Source: an uncultured Verrucomicrobiota bacterium
GTDB taxonomy: Bacteria > Verrucomicrobiota > Kiritimatiellia > RFP12 > UBA1067
NCBI GenBank assembly: GCA_945834475.1
Contig: CAMAHK010000005.1
Location: forward strand, 1-58,510
Reading direction: 5' to 3'
DNA: 58,510 bases
Part shown: positions 17,330 through 26,900 of the stretch, one piece after another
Position numbering within the stretch: the stretch's first letter is position 1
How the letters are laid out: the number at the start of each line of letters is the position of its first letter
Notes under the pieces: generated by a model
What the model was told of the DNA's origin: nothing
Database searches by the model: none
The model's input: the letters and a program-made list of their open reading frames with translations, nothing else
Made by a program: the position numbers and the translations under genes

Positions 17330-18274
17330 TTAAATTGCGATGCGCTCGCCGCAACGGACACGCGTTTCAAGTCCCGCCGCCGAATTCGCGACAAGATCGG
17401 CATCAAACCTAACCGCTCCCGCCGGCGCGATGAAAATGACCGTCGACCCGCCGAACTTGAAATAGCCCTTCTCGGTGCCCTTCTTCTGCTCCGCGCCCGA
17501 ATAGGTCTGCACGATCGTCCCCACGCCGAACGCACCCACGTCCACAAGCCAGAAGTCGCCGAACGCCGCCTTCGCTTTCACGATCTGCCGCTCGTTGTCG
17601 GCATAGACGTCGGGATACTTCACGAGTGCAATCGGATTCACCGAATGATACTTCCCCGGAATCACCTGCGCTTCGCCCTCGACCGTGCAGTCGCAGGGAA
17701 AGTGGAAGCGATGGTAATCGACCGGCGCCAAGCGAATGACGGCGATGTCGTAGGCACCGCTCCGTACCGCGGTGCGTCCCGCCCGCGGCGTCTCCAAGCT
17801 AGCCGAACCCTTCTGTGTCAGCGCCGCGGGCGAGACGCACCGCGGTACGGGGCTGAACACCTCCCGCAGCGACCGCACCGCGCCCTTGAGCGGGAACGGC
17901 GTTTCCGCGTCGGCGTTCAAGTAGAGCATGAGCCTGCCGTCGGCGGGCGAGACGAGACCCTCCCCGACGGGACGCGCCCCCGGCTTCAGATGCCGCGTGA
18001 AGAACTCGTTGAACGAGCCGTACGCCTCGACCGGCTTCTCGGCCTCGTCCACAAGGCACCCCGGAATCGACGCAAGCGAACGGATCGCCTTTTTCGACTT
18101 GGGCGAGTCATAGTACCTGCCCATCAGGGCGGAGACGAGCTTCGAGCCAAAGAGGACCGGCCAGAGCGTGCGCCCGAGCAGCGTCTCGTACGCAAACTTG
18201 AGCGCCCCGTCGCCCATCACCGATTCGGTGACGGTCTCGCCGGTCGAACGGTCGATATAGCGGATGGTGCCCAT
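17330..18274 (-). CDS. psd: Phosphatidylserine decarboxylase proenzyme, with in-frame REP insertion
   Basis: FNEFFTR.LKPGARP, SPADG, RLAPVDYHRFHFP, YHSVNP, KGYFKFGGST autocleavage motif. Confidence 0.93.
   Translation of the reverse strand: MGTIRYIDRSTGETVTESVMGDGALKFAYETLLGRTLWPVLFGSKLVSALMGRYYDSPKSKKAIRSLASIPGCLVDEAEKPVEAYGSFNEFFTRHLKPGARPVGEGLVSPADGRLMLYLNADAETPFPLKGAVRSLREVFSPVPRCVSPAALTQKGSASLETPRAGRTAVRSGAYDIAVIRLAPVDYHRFHFPCDCTVEGEAQVIPGKYHSVNPIALVKYPDVYADNERQIVKAKAAFGDFWLVDVGAFGVGTIVQTYSGAEQKKGTEKGYFKFGGSTVIFIAPAGAVRFDADLVANSAAGLETRVRCGERIAI
17762..17852. repeat. Inverted REP doublet inside psd coding sequence
   Basis: CCGTACCGCGGTGCGTCCCGCCCGCGGCG (17762-) and its inverse CGCCGCGGGCGAGACGCACCGCGGTACGG (17822-). 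Confidence 0.85.
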
Positions 18275-18280
18275 GATTTG

Positions 18281-18895
18281 TTAGCGCGTGAGGAAGCCGC
18301 GCTTGACGGCCAGGTTGACGGCTTCGGTGCGGTCATCCGCGCCGAGTTTATAGAAGATCCGCTTCAGATGCATCTTGACGCTGTTCTCGCTGATGCCGAG
18401 CTTCTCGCCAATCTGGCGGTTGCCGAGCCCGTCCGCGACGGCCGTGAGCACCTCCGCCTCGCGCGGCGAAAGGCCCTTCGCGCCTTTGCGCGTCTCGTAG
18501 ATGCGGCGGATGTCGTCGGACATGAAGACCTCGCCGTTCATCGCCAAGCGGATCGCCCGCAGGATCTGGTCGACATTTGCCTCCTTCTGCACGTACCCGA
18601 GCGCACCACATTCGATGGACTGGTAGACGTCCTCCTCGACGTCGCTCGTCGTGAGCATGACGACGCGTGCCTTCGGACGTGCCGCCAGGATGGCCTTGAG
18701 CGCCTCCACGCCACTCAAGTCGGGCATACGCACGTCGAGCAGCGTCACGTCGGGTTCGACCGTCGAGACAAACTGTGCGGCCCCGCGTCCCCCGCCGAAC
18801 TCGCCGACGAAGGACATCTCGGGATCGGACGCAAGCACGTACTTGAGTCCCGCACGGACGACCACGTGATCGTCGATGATGGCGACCTTGATCAT
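18281..18895 (-). CDS. NarL/LuxR family DNA-binding response regulator (no adjacent kinase)
   Basis: IIDDH, LLDVRMP (phospho-Asp), LTT, GYVQK; LSPREAEVL..GLGNRQIG..L.ISENSVK.H. Confidence 0.92.
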   Translation of the reverse strand: MIKVAIIDDHVVVRAGLKYVLASDPEMSFVGEFGGGRGAAQFVSTVEPDVTLLDVRMPDLSGVEALKAILAARPKARVVMLTTSDVEEDVYQSIECGALGYVQKEANVDQILRAIRLAMNGEVFMSDDIRRIYETRKGAKGLSPREAEVLTAVADGLGNRQIGEKLGISENSVKMHLKRIFYKLGADDRTEAVNLAVKRGFLTR

Positions 18896-18896
18896 C

Positions 18897-20417
18897 TTAC
18901 TGCTGTCCGTTGAAAAGCTGGGTGGAGGCGTAGTACGGGTCGGACGTGTAGCGGCACGCGAGACGGCGGAGGCCCGCTTCGTCGCCCGGCGTCACGAGGT
19001 GCGTCATGTGCACTTCGCATGTCGCGAGCTCCGTGAGCTTCTCCATCGCGAGCTGCGCCGCGGGATTCGTCGTCGCCGAGATCGCGAGCGCGATCAGCGC
19101 CTCGTCGAGGTTGAGCGAGGTGTAGCCGCCCTTGAGGATGTCGTGCTTCATGTGCGCGACGGACTGTAGGATCGACGGCGCCAGGAGCGGCAGGCGGTCC
19201 GGAATGCCCGCGAGCTTCTTGATCGCGTTGAGGATCACCGCCGAGCACGCATGGAGCTCGTCGGAGTTCCGTCCCGTCACGATCTCACCCGACTTGAGCT
19301 GAATCGCCGCGGCCGACACGATGCGGCCGCCTTCCTTGCCCTTGCCCTGCTGACGCGCCGACTCGGCCGCGCCGCGCGCCGCGAGGGCGACGAGACGGTC
19401 CTCGGTCTTGAGTCCGAGCGAATCCATCAGCATCTTCGCGCGGTTGAGCGAATCGAGGTCGGTCGCCCCCTCGGCGTAGAGGCACTGGTAGCGCATATAG
19501 CGGCGGATGACCTCCTGCTTCGAGGCCTCCTGCACGACCGCGTCATCGACAATGCCGAAGCCGATACGGTTGACGCCCATGTCCGTCGGCGACTTGTAGG
19601 GACACTCCCCGCCCGTCATCTTCTCCCAAATCGTCTTGAGAAGCGGATACGCGTCGACGTCGCGGTTGTAGTTGACGGTGGTCTGTCCATACGCCGCGAG
19701 GTGATACGGATCGATCATGTTCTTGTCGTTCAGGTCGACCGTCGCCGCCTCGTACGCGACGTTGAGCGGATGGTGGAGCGGCATGTTCCACACGGGGAAG
19801 CTCTCGAACTTCGAGTAGCCCGCGAGCTTGCCGTTCTTGTACTCATGGTAAATCTGGCTGAGGCACGTCGCGAACTTGCCCGACCCGGGACCCGGCGCGG
19901 TGACGACGACGATCGGACGCTCCGCTGGGATGTAGTCGTTCTTGCCGTAGCCCTCGTCCGAAACGACCGTGTCAATGTCGGAAGGATAGCCCTGGGTCTT
20001 GTAGTGGTAGTAGACCTTGACGCCGCGGCCCTCGAGCTTCGAGCGGAACTGCTTCGCCGCCGTCTGTCCCTCGTAACGCGTGATGACGACGCCGCGCACG
20101 AGAAGCCCGAGCGCCGTGAGATCGTCGATGAGCTTCATCGCGTCATCGGCGTACGAAATGCCGAAGTCCGCGCGCATCTTCTTGCGCTCGATGTCGCCGG
20201 AATAGATGCAGAGGATGACTTCCGCCTGGTCCTTCAGCGTCTGCAGGAGCCGGAGCTTCACGTTCGGGTGGTATCCGGGAAGGCACCGCGCCGCGTGGAA
20301 GTCGTTCATCAGTTTGCCCCCGAACTCGAGGTAAAGGCGACCGTACTTGCCCGCGCGGCGACGAATCTCCTCCGACTGCTCCGCGAGATACTTCTCGTTG
20401 TCAAAGCCCTGTTTCAT
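18897..20417 (-). CDS. DUF1846 family protein
   Basis: MKQGFDNEKY, LYLEFGGKL..DFHAAR.LPG, TAPGPGSGK..CLSQ.YHE, YKSPTDMGVN; start re-called. Confidence 0.88.
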   Translation of the reverse strand: MKQGFDNEKYLAEQSEEIRRRAGKYGRLYLEFGGKLMNDFHAARCLPGYHPNVKLRLLQTLKDQAEVILCIYSGDIERKKMRADFGISYADDAMKLIDDLTALGLLVRGVVITRYEGQTAAKQFRSKLEGRGVKVYYHYKTQGYPSDIDTVVSDEGYGKNDYIPAERPIVVVTAPGPGSGKFATCLSQIYHEYKNGKLAGYSKFESFPVWNMPLHHPLNVAYEAATVDLNDKNMIDPYHLAAYGQTTVNYNRDVDAYPLLKTIWEKMTGGECPYKSPTDMGVNRIGFGIVDDAVVQEASKQEVIRRYMRYQCLYAEGATDLDSLNRAKMLMDSLGLKTEDRLVALAARGAAESARQQGKGKEGGRIVSAAAIQLKSGEIVTGRNSDELHACSAVILNAIKKLAGIPDRLPLLAPSILQSVAHMKHDILKGGYTSLNLDEALIALAISATTNPAAQLAMEKLTELATCEVHMTHLVTPGDEAGLRRLACRYTSDPYYASTQLFNGQQ

Positions 20418-20433
20418 AAAATCTTTCCCTGTC

Positions 20434-20537
20434 GACGCCGCGGGCGAGGACGCACCGCGGTACAGACTTCCGCCAACCCCGCACCGCGGTACAGACTTCC
20501 GCCAACCCCGTACCGCGGTGCGTCTCGCCCGCGGCAC
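20434..20537. repeat. REP cluster with a 29-bp tandem duplication
   Basis: Inverted REP + GCACCGCGGTACAGACTTCCGCCAACCCC x2 (20452-20480, 20481-20509) + direct REP. Confidence 0.85.
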
Positions 20538-20547
20538 TCACCCAGAA

Positions 20548-21111
20548 CTACCGGCCCATCTCCTTGAGGATTGCCTCGATCTTGCCCTTGCAGCGTCCGC
20601 AGCCGCCGCCCGCCTTCGTGAAGTTCGTCACTTCCTCGACCGTGGTGAGCTGGTTCTCAGTGATCACGCGGCGCACCTCGTTCTCCGAGACGTTGTAGCA
20701 CGTGCAAAGCAACTCTTCCTCGAGATTCTTGTCGGTGTTCTTGCCCGTCTCGTAGTTCTTGATCGCCGCCTCCATCGCCTCGCGGCCCATCACGGAGCAG
20801 TGCATCTTCTGCGGCGGAAGGCCGCCCAGGTAGTCCGCGATCTGCTGGTTCGTGATCGTCTTCGCCTCGTCGAGCGTCTTGCCGATGACCATCTCGGTCA
20901 GGGCCGAGCTGGACGCAATCGCGCTCGCACAGCCGAAGGTCTGGAATTTCGCTTCGCAAATCTTGCCGTCCGGTCCCAGTTTGAACTGAAACTTGAGCGC
21001 ATCGCCGCACGCGAGCGACCCCACCGTCGCCTCGCCGTCCGGATTGTCAATCTTGCCCACATTCCGGGGATTCCGGAAGTGGTCCATCATCTTTTCAGAA
21101 TAGTCCCACAT
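20548..21111 (-). CDS. nifU: Fe-S cluster scaffold NifU (IscU domain + BFD-like 2Fe-2S domain, no C-terminal Nfu domain)
   Basis: MWDYSEK..DHF.NPRN, ACGD, FGCASAIASSS, LGGLP..KMHCS, C.C...TKAGGGCGRC. Confidence 0.88.
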   Translation of the reverse strand: MWDYSEKMMDHFRNPRNVGKIDNPDGEATVGSLACGDALKFQFKLGPDGKICEAKFQTFGCASAIASSSALTEMVIGKTLDEAKTITNQQIADYLGGLPPQKMHCSVMGREAMEAAIKNYETGKNTDKNLEEELLCTCYNVSENEVRRVITENQLTTVEEVTNFTKAGGGCGRCKGKIEAILKEMGR

Positions 21112-21121
21112 ACGAGCAAGT

Positions 21122-21130
21122 ATTATATCA
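21122..21130 (-). promoter_or_regulatory. Extended -10 promoter, near-leaderless, for nifU
   Basis: TGATATAAT 10 nt before ATG, no SD. Confidence 0.55.
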
Positions 21131-23617
21131 AAAATTGCGCTGTGCGGAACAGGAAGCCGTCGTCAGGTCGCCGAGGTGCATGACCGTGAGCGCCGCCTTG
21201 AAGGCTTCGGACGTCACGTTGCCTTTCGGCGTGAAAGTGAGGACGCGCGGCGTCGACGGCACGAGCGTGATCGCGTTGTCGTCAAACTCGCCCGGAATCC
21301 CCTTCGCGTTCGCCCACACCCAGTACGCGGGTTTGTCCGTCGAGAGGATCACGCGGAAGCCGTCCACCTCGACCTTGACGTTCGCCTGCGGGAGCGCCAC
21401 ATCGTTGTAACGCTGCCGCACCGGGAAGTTCTCCGCGTAGACGTTGCCAATGAAGGCGAGGCGCAACGCCGAGGTCGGACGCACCTCGGCCGTGCCGACG
21501 ACCTGGGCCGAGCCCGCCGGAATCGTCGCGTGCGCAATCTTCACCGTCTTCTCCTTGCCGCCGTCAAACGGCGAATAGACCGCGACAATGTCGCCCTCGA
21601 TCGGCTTGTCCGTATCGTTGACGACCCGCACGGTGTCGTCGGGTGCGAGCACGACGTGCACGGGCTCGAAGAAGCGCTTCGCGAGATACTGGAGCGGCTT
21701 CCATTTGTTCACGACCGTCCCAGGCACATATTCCGTCGAGCTCCAGCTCGCGACCGGCCAGTTGTCGTTGAGCTGCCAGTAGAGCGTCCCCATGCAGCGC
21801 GGCTGCTCGGAGCGCCAGGCGTCGACCGCCATCTGAATCGCCATCGCCTGCTGGAACTGCGAGAGCAGGAGCTCGGAAGCGACATCCTTCACGGGATGGA
21901 AATAGCGCTCCATCGTCTCGCGGATGCGGCGGTTGCCGCCCGGGTTCTTCTGGTGCCACTCGAATTCGGGCGCCTTCGCGAGAATCTGCTCGCGCGTCGC
22001 GAACGTCTCGGCGACTTCCAACGACGGGAAGCTCTGGTAGCCGAACTCGCTGCAGAAGCGCGGCTTGAAGTTGTAGTAGTTGTCGAAGGGACTGTTCTCG
22101 TGCCAGACCGTCCAGTTGTGCATGTCGCCCTTCGAGTCGTCCTTCCAGGCATTGCCGAAGTCCCCGGGACCGCAACACGGCGAGCTCGGCCAGTACGTGC
22201 GCGTCGGGTCATAGCGCTTGACGAGTTCGTCCTGCATCTTCGAGCGCGCGACCCAGCAGGCGGTGTAGTACGGAAGGTCCTTCTTCGTCTCGTCGAACCA
22301 CTTGATCGCCCCGAGGCACTCGTTGTCGCCGCACCAGAGCGCGATAGACGCATGGTCGCGCAGGCGCTTGAGCTGATGCTTGAGTTCGCCGCGCACCTCG
22401 TCGAGGAACCAGTCCTCCGCCGGATAGACCGCGCACGAGTGCATCATGTCGTGCCATAGGAGAATGCCCATCTCGTCGCAAAGGTCGTAGAAGCAATCCT
22501 TCTCGTACTGCCCGCCGCCCCAGACGCGAATCATGTTCATGTTCGACGCCTTCGCGCTCGCCAGAAGATCGCGGTAGCGCGCGGGCGTCTGCTCGTTCTC
22601 GTACGCCGAGCAGGGAATCCAGTTCGCGCCCTTCATGAAAAGCCGCCGTCCGTTCACGCGGAAAACAAGCGAGAGCTCGTCCTTCCCGTCGGCGGACACG
22701 GTCTTCTCGTTCAGCACCTCGACCTTGCGGAGGCCGATGCGGTGATTGGTTGTTGGCTGTTGGTGATCGGTTGTTGGTGAAACGACCTTGCCGTTGTCGG
22801 CAAGCGAGTAGGTATAGAAGCGCTGCTCGCCCGCGCCGTTCGGCCACCAGAGGGGCGGATTGTCGATCTCGACAACATTCGTCACGCAAGTTCCGTCGCT
22901 CAGGTCGGCGAAGACGGTGAGCGTACAGTGCGAGAAGTCGGCGTTGAAATCCTGCGTCGAGTAGACATAGTCGACGCGCGGCTTGTCTGTCGCGATCAGC
23001 TTCACCGTGCCGCAGAAGCCGACGGCCTGCACCGACGGACCCCAGTCCCAACCGGCGTGACACGCGGGCTTGCGGATGAGCGCCTGGTTCTTCGACCACT
23101 GGACGTTGGACATCGGGAACGGACGACCCACCTTCTCGCGGCGCTTGTCGGCTTCCTTCTCGGGACTCCGGAAGACGCCTTCGATGCGGTTCTCACCCGC
23201 CCTCAGGTACGGCTTCACGTCGAACGTGTAACGCTGGAACCGGTCGAACGTCTCGCCGACGGTCGCACCGTTCACCTTGATCGTCGCGAACGTGTCGCAG
23301 TCCTCAAGTCGTAGCACAACGTCTTTCTTCGCGAGAAACGCCGCGTCGACCGTGAACGACCGTGCGACCGACCAATCGGCCTGACCGATCCAGAGGTTCG
23401 CGACCTCATTCGTGCCCGTGAACGAATCGGCAATGACCCCGAGCTTCAAAAGCGCACACGTGACGTCACCCGGCACCGCACACGGATATTCCGTCTGCAG
23501 CGTCGCAATGTCGCCCGGATAAATCCGCTTCGCCTGCCACTCACCCGCCAAGTCGAGTTCCGCCGCGCGAACACCCCCCGCCGCAACAACAATCGCCAAC
23601 AACAGATTTCTTTTCAT
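21128..23617 (-). CDS. Beta-mannosidase, GH2, secreted
   Basis: GWDWGP, LWWPNG.GEQ, KGANWIP, NMIRVWGGG.YE, WCGDNE, RFCSEFG.QSFP, YWQLNDNWP. Confidence 0.92.
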   Translation of the reverse strand: MKRNLLLAIVVAAGGVRAAELDLAGEWQAKRIYPGDIATLQTEYPCAVPGDVTCALLKLGVIADSFTGTNEVANLWIGQADWSVARSFTVDAAFLAKKDVVLRLEDCDTFATIKVNGATVGETFDRFQRYTFDVKPYLRAGENRIEGVFRSPEKEADKRREKVGRPFPMSNVQWSKNQALIRKPACHAGWDWGPSVQAVGFCGTVKLIATDKPRVDYVYSTQDFNADFSHCTLTVFADLSDGTCVTNVVEIDNPPLWWPNGAGEQRFYTYSLADNGKVVSPTTDHQQPTTNHRIGLRKVEVLNEKTVSADGKDELSLVFRVNGRRLFMKGANWIPCSAYENEQTPARYRDLLASAKASNMNMIRVWGGGQYEKDCFYDLCDEMGILLWHDMMHSCAVYPAEDWFLDEVRGELKHQLKRLRDHASIALWCGDNECLGAIKWFDETKKDLPYYTACWVARSKMQDELVKRYDPTRTYWPSSPCCGPGDFGNAWKDDSKGDMHNWTVWHENSPFDNYYNFKPRFCSEFGYQSFPSLEVAETFATREQILAKAPEFEWHQKNPGGNRRIRETMERYFHPVKDVASELLLSQFQQAMAIQMAVDAWRSEQPRCMGTLYWQLNDNWPVASWSSTEYVPGTVVNKWKPLQYLAKRFFEPVHVVLAPDDTVRVVNDTDKPIEGDIVAVYSPFDGGKEKTVKIAHATIPAGSAQVVGTAEVRPTSALRLAFIGNVYAENFPVRQRYNDVALPQANVKVEVDGFRVILSTDKPAYWVWANAKGIPGEFDDNAITLVPSTPRVLTFTPKGNVTSEAFKAALTVMHLGDLTTASCSAQRNF
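22741..22780 (-). repeat. Heptamer tandem repeat inside beta-mannosidase
   Basis: CACCAAC AACCGAT CACCAAC AGCCAAC AACCAAT CACC encoding PTTDHQQPTTNH. Confidence 0.65.
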
Positions 23618-23653
23618 ATGGATTCTTTTCTCAATTCAAAATGACACCAGCCA

Positions 23654-23662
23654 ATTATACCA
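23654..23662 (-). promoter_or_regulatory. Extended -10 promoter for beta-mannosidase
   Basis: TGGTATAAT. Confidence 0.55.
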
Positions 23663-23796
23663 AAATCGTCGACCCCAGAGCGGAACGCAAGCGCAAACTC
23701 AAAAGGAACGTTTACTCCGTCGCCAATCGCCCCCGCGAATTCCAAGCAGGGACGCCAAGATTCCCGTGAGGGTACGAGAACCGTCCGCCCCAGCAG

Positions 23797-23822
23797 GTAG
23801 GGCGGCCTCGATGAGGCCGCCG
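23797..23822 (+). repeat. GTAG-tagged REP-like palindrome
   Basis: GTAG-GGCGGCCTC-gat-GAGGCCGCC; degenerate inverted partner at about 23766-23794. Confidence 0.55.
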
Positions 23823-23918
23823 CACCCCAACGCACTCAACCATCCGCGATATTCGACGGATTACCCCCACCACGCCAACCGCACCATAGGGGTCAGTTCC
23901 TCGCCGCCTCCATTAAAG

Positions 23919-26900
23919 TCACCTACAACCAACAACGTCGTCACAGACGACATCCTTCCCCTCCGCACCGATAATCCTGACATCCTTCAGCATGACATTG
24001 TCCGCATGACGAATGTAAAGCCCCCGAGTCGGCAACATGCCGAATGTGTTGCCCTCAGGATAATTCCCTTCGCGTTCCGGTACGGGATTCGCCGCCGGAG
24101 GAGACTTTCCGGGCTTGCAGACAAGTGTCACGTTCTCCAACCGAACATCGCGCGGACGGCAGCCTTCGACGCCGGTGATGGAACTCGCGACAAACGACTC
24201 GGCGACCGCCTTCACATCGGCAATGAGGATGTCTCGCAGAATGCGCCGATTGCTCGGCGGCGTGCCGCAACTCCGCCCTGTGCGCGTTCCACCACGGACG
24301 AAGATCGGCACCATCATTCCCTTGATGTCGAAACCTCGGCAGGTGATTCCGGACACCTCCCCGCCGTCCACGCATTCGATGGCGATCCCCGCCATCCCTG
24401 CCAGCTCCTCTGGGCCTCCCGGCCACTCGCGCGTCCGGTTGTACAGAAACCACGGCTCGCCCCGGTGCGGACCGACGCGCGAGATAAAGTCTCGTCGCGG
24501 AGCCTCCGTGCGACAGTTCTCGAAAAGAACACTTCGAACGCTACCGTGGCTCGCAGTCCCGATCTTGAACGCATTGCAATTGGAGCGCCCGACACATCGC
24601 CGAACAGTCACGTTCTCCATCACGAACCCGGGATCGTTCGACTTAAGGCAAAAGGCATCATCCCCCGAATCGACGTCACAGTCCTCGATCAGCACGTTCC
24701 GCGCCTCTATGTCAAAACCATCGTTATTGGCGTTCGCATGGCTGTCTATCCGTACACGCCGCGCAACGACATTCTCACAGCATTTAAACACAACACCCCA
24801 GCTGGCCGCATCTCGCAACAGGAAATCCCCCAAACGGACATTGCGACAATTTGCAAAGAAAATTCCACAGGGGCGCCCCAGTTCACCTCCTCCTCTGCAA
24901 TCTTTCGGCTGCGGCCAAGCTCGCCCATTTCCATAAATCTCCCCAATACCCGTCACGGAGACGTTCGTCACGCCAACGGCTGAGACAACGGCACACCATG
25001 TCCTCTCGGAAAAGGGCAGATTCGTCGTCTGATAGTTCTCAAGACCGACGACACCCTCCAGTACGGAATCTTTCTGGAGATGGAGTTCAACATTGCTTCT
25101 CAGTGAAAGCTGCCCTACCGGATGTCGTCCCGGGGGAATATCAACCCGTCCGCCTCTTTTCGCCGCAGCATCTATCATCGCCTGCCAATGAGAAGTCTCA
25201 GTGGGTCCGAACAGGCGATCCCGCCCCAGCGAGTCCGTCATCTCAAAGACAAGGAGTCCCCCCTTCATCAGATCATCATGACGCAAAACAGGTCCGAGAA
25301 TCTCCCTGTCATTCAACGTCACGCGGCGAACAAAGAGATTCTTTTCCGAAAGTCCTCTCGCAACGACCGTCAGAACCTTGCCTTTCGGAAGCCGAAGCCG
25401 CACTTCCGGCAACTGCGGCGCCCCTATCACATAATCACCACCGCAAGGATCACACGGATAGAAGCCAAGGCAGGAAAAAACATACCAGGCACTCATCTGC
25501 CCGCAATCCTCATTTCCGCAGCACCCGTCCGCGCGACCCGTATAATAGGTTCGGCAAATCATCCGTACGACCTCAGCCGTACGGTCAGGACGGCCTGCCA
25601 GCGCATAGAGATAGGCAATATGATGCCCGGGCTCATTCGCGTGTTCATACCGTCCAAAGGGCGGCGCGCCTTCGTTCGTCTCGAACACGCGCAAGCGCAG
25701 TTCGCCAGTAACAGCCGACACCGGATGCGCAAAAAAACGGTCAAGCTTGGCGACGAACGCATCGCGTCCGCCGGCCAACTCGATTTGCCTTTCGACATCA
25801 TGCTGCGCATTGAACGTGTAAACCCAGGCGTCGGCTTCGGTACAGTCATACGGATTGGTTTCATTCGCGCGACGGAACTCGTCAAACGGAAAACGCCAAC
25901 GCCCCGTCGCGTCTCGGCCACGCACAAGTCCATAGGCGGAGTCATAATTGTTCGTCCAAAGATGCGAGCGTCTGGAAAAATCGGCCGCCACTGCGGAAAG
26001 CCCCCTTGCCGCAGACATCCTCGCGGCGCAAGACGCGTCATAACAGTATTCCAGGAGACGTGAGACCGGCTCCCGGCCGATGCGGTCAATTGGATAATAT
26101 CCGAACTCATCCAGCATGGGCCAATCCTCCTTGCGCTTCCCCGGATGAAGAACCGTCAGCGAATTCGTCACGGCCTCAAAGGCAAGATCGCGATCAAAGC
26201 CATCGACCCCCTTGAGATATGCATCAACCACGCACGGCACGGAATGGTTGCCGATCATGCAGAAGTTCTCACTCCCGACATACTCCCAGACCGGAAGATA
26301 GCCGCGTTCGCGATAGCTCCTGAGCATTGATGCGACGAAGCGCCCCGAAAGTTCCGGTGCAAAAATCGTATAGAGCGGAAATGCCGCGCGATACGTGTCC
26401 CAGGTCGAGAAAGTCGAGAAACGAGACGCTCCATCATCCTCCATTTCATTCGGCTGCTGAAATGCCCGATAGAGGGCCGTGTAGAAAACACGTAGGCTCG
26501 TCTCGTCCGCACCCGACACCGAGCAACGCGAGAGCCATCGCTCCCACTCCGCACATGCCGCCGCACGGACCGCATCAAAACTTCCGCCGCCTTCCGCCGC
26601 CAGATTGCGACGGGCGCCTATCTCGTCATGATTCGAAAGCGCCACCCGCACCTCAAGCGGCTCCCCTTCCCGCAAATCGAAGTCAAGCACATACCGATCG
26701 GCCTTTTCACCCGGATTGCGCAAAAGACGTTCGGCCCTCGTCCACATCCGATTGAAACGAACCGCAAATCCACAAGTTCGCGAAATCCAGGCCTGCGTGT
26801 GGTTACAGCCCTCAAGCGATCGGCCATCGGCGTTTAGGCGACTCATCGCATTTGTCACATGATTATGAATCGTGGCGTCTGGACGATGGACAAGCCCCGC

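Noticed and set aside
20452-20509. 29-bp direct repeat as a CRISPR array
   Set aside because: Two adjacent units with no spacer, part of a REP cluster, and no cas genes.
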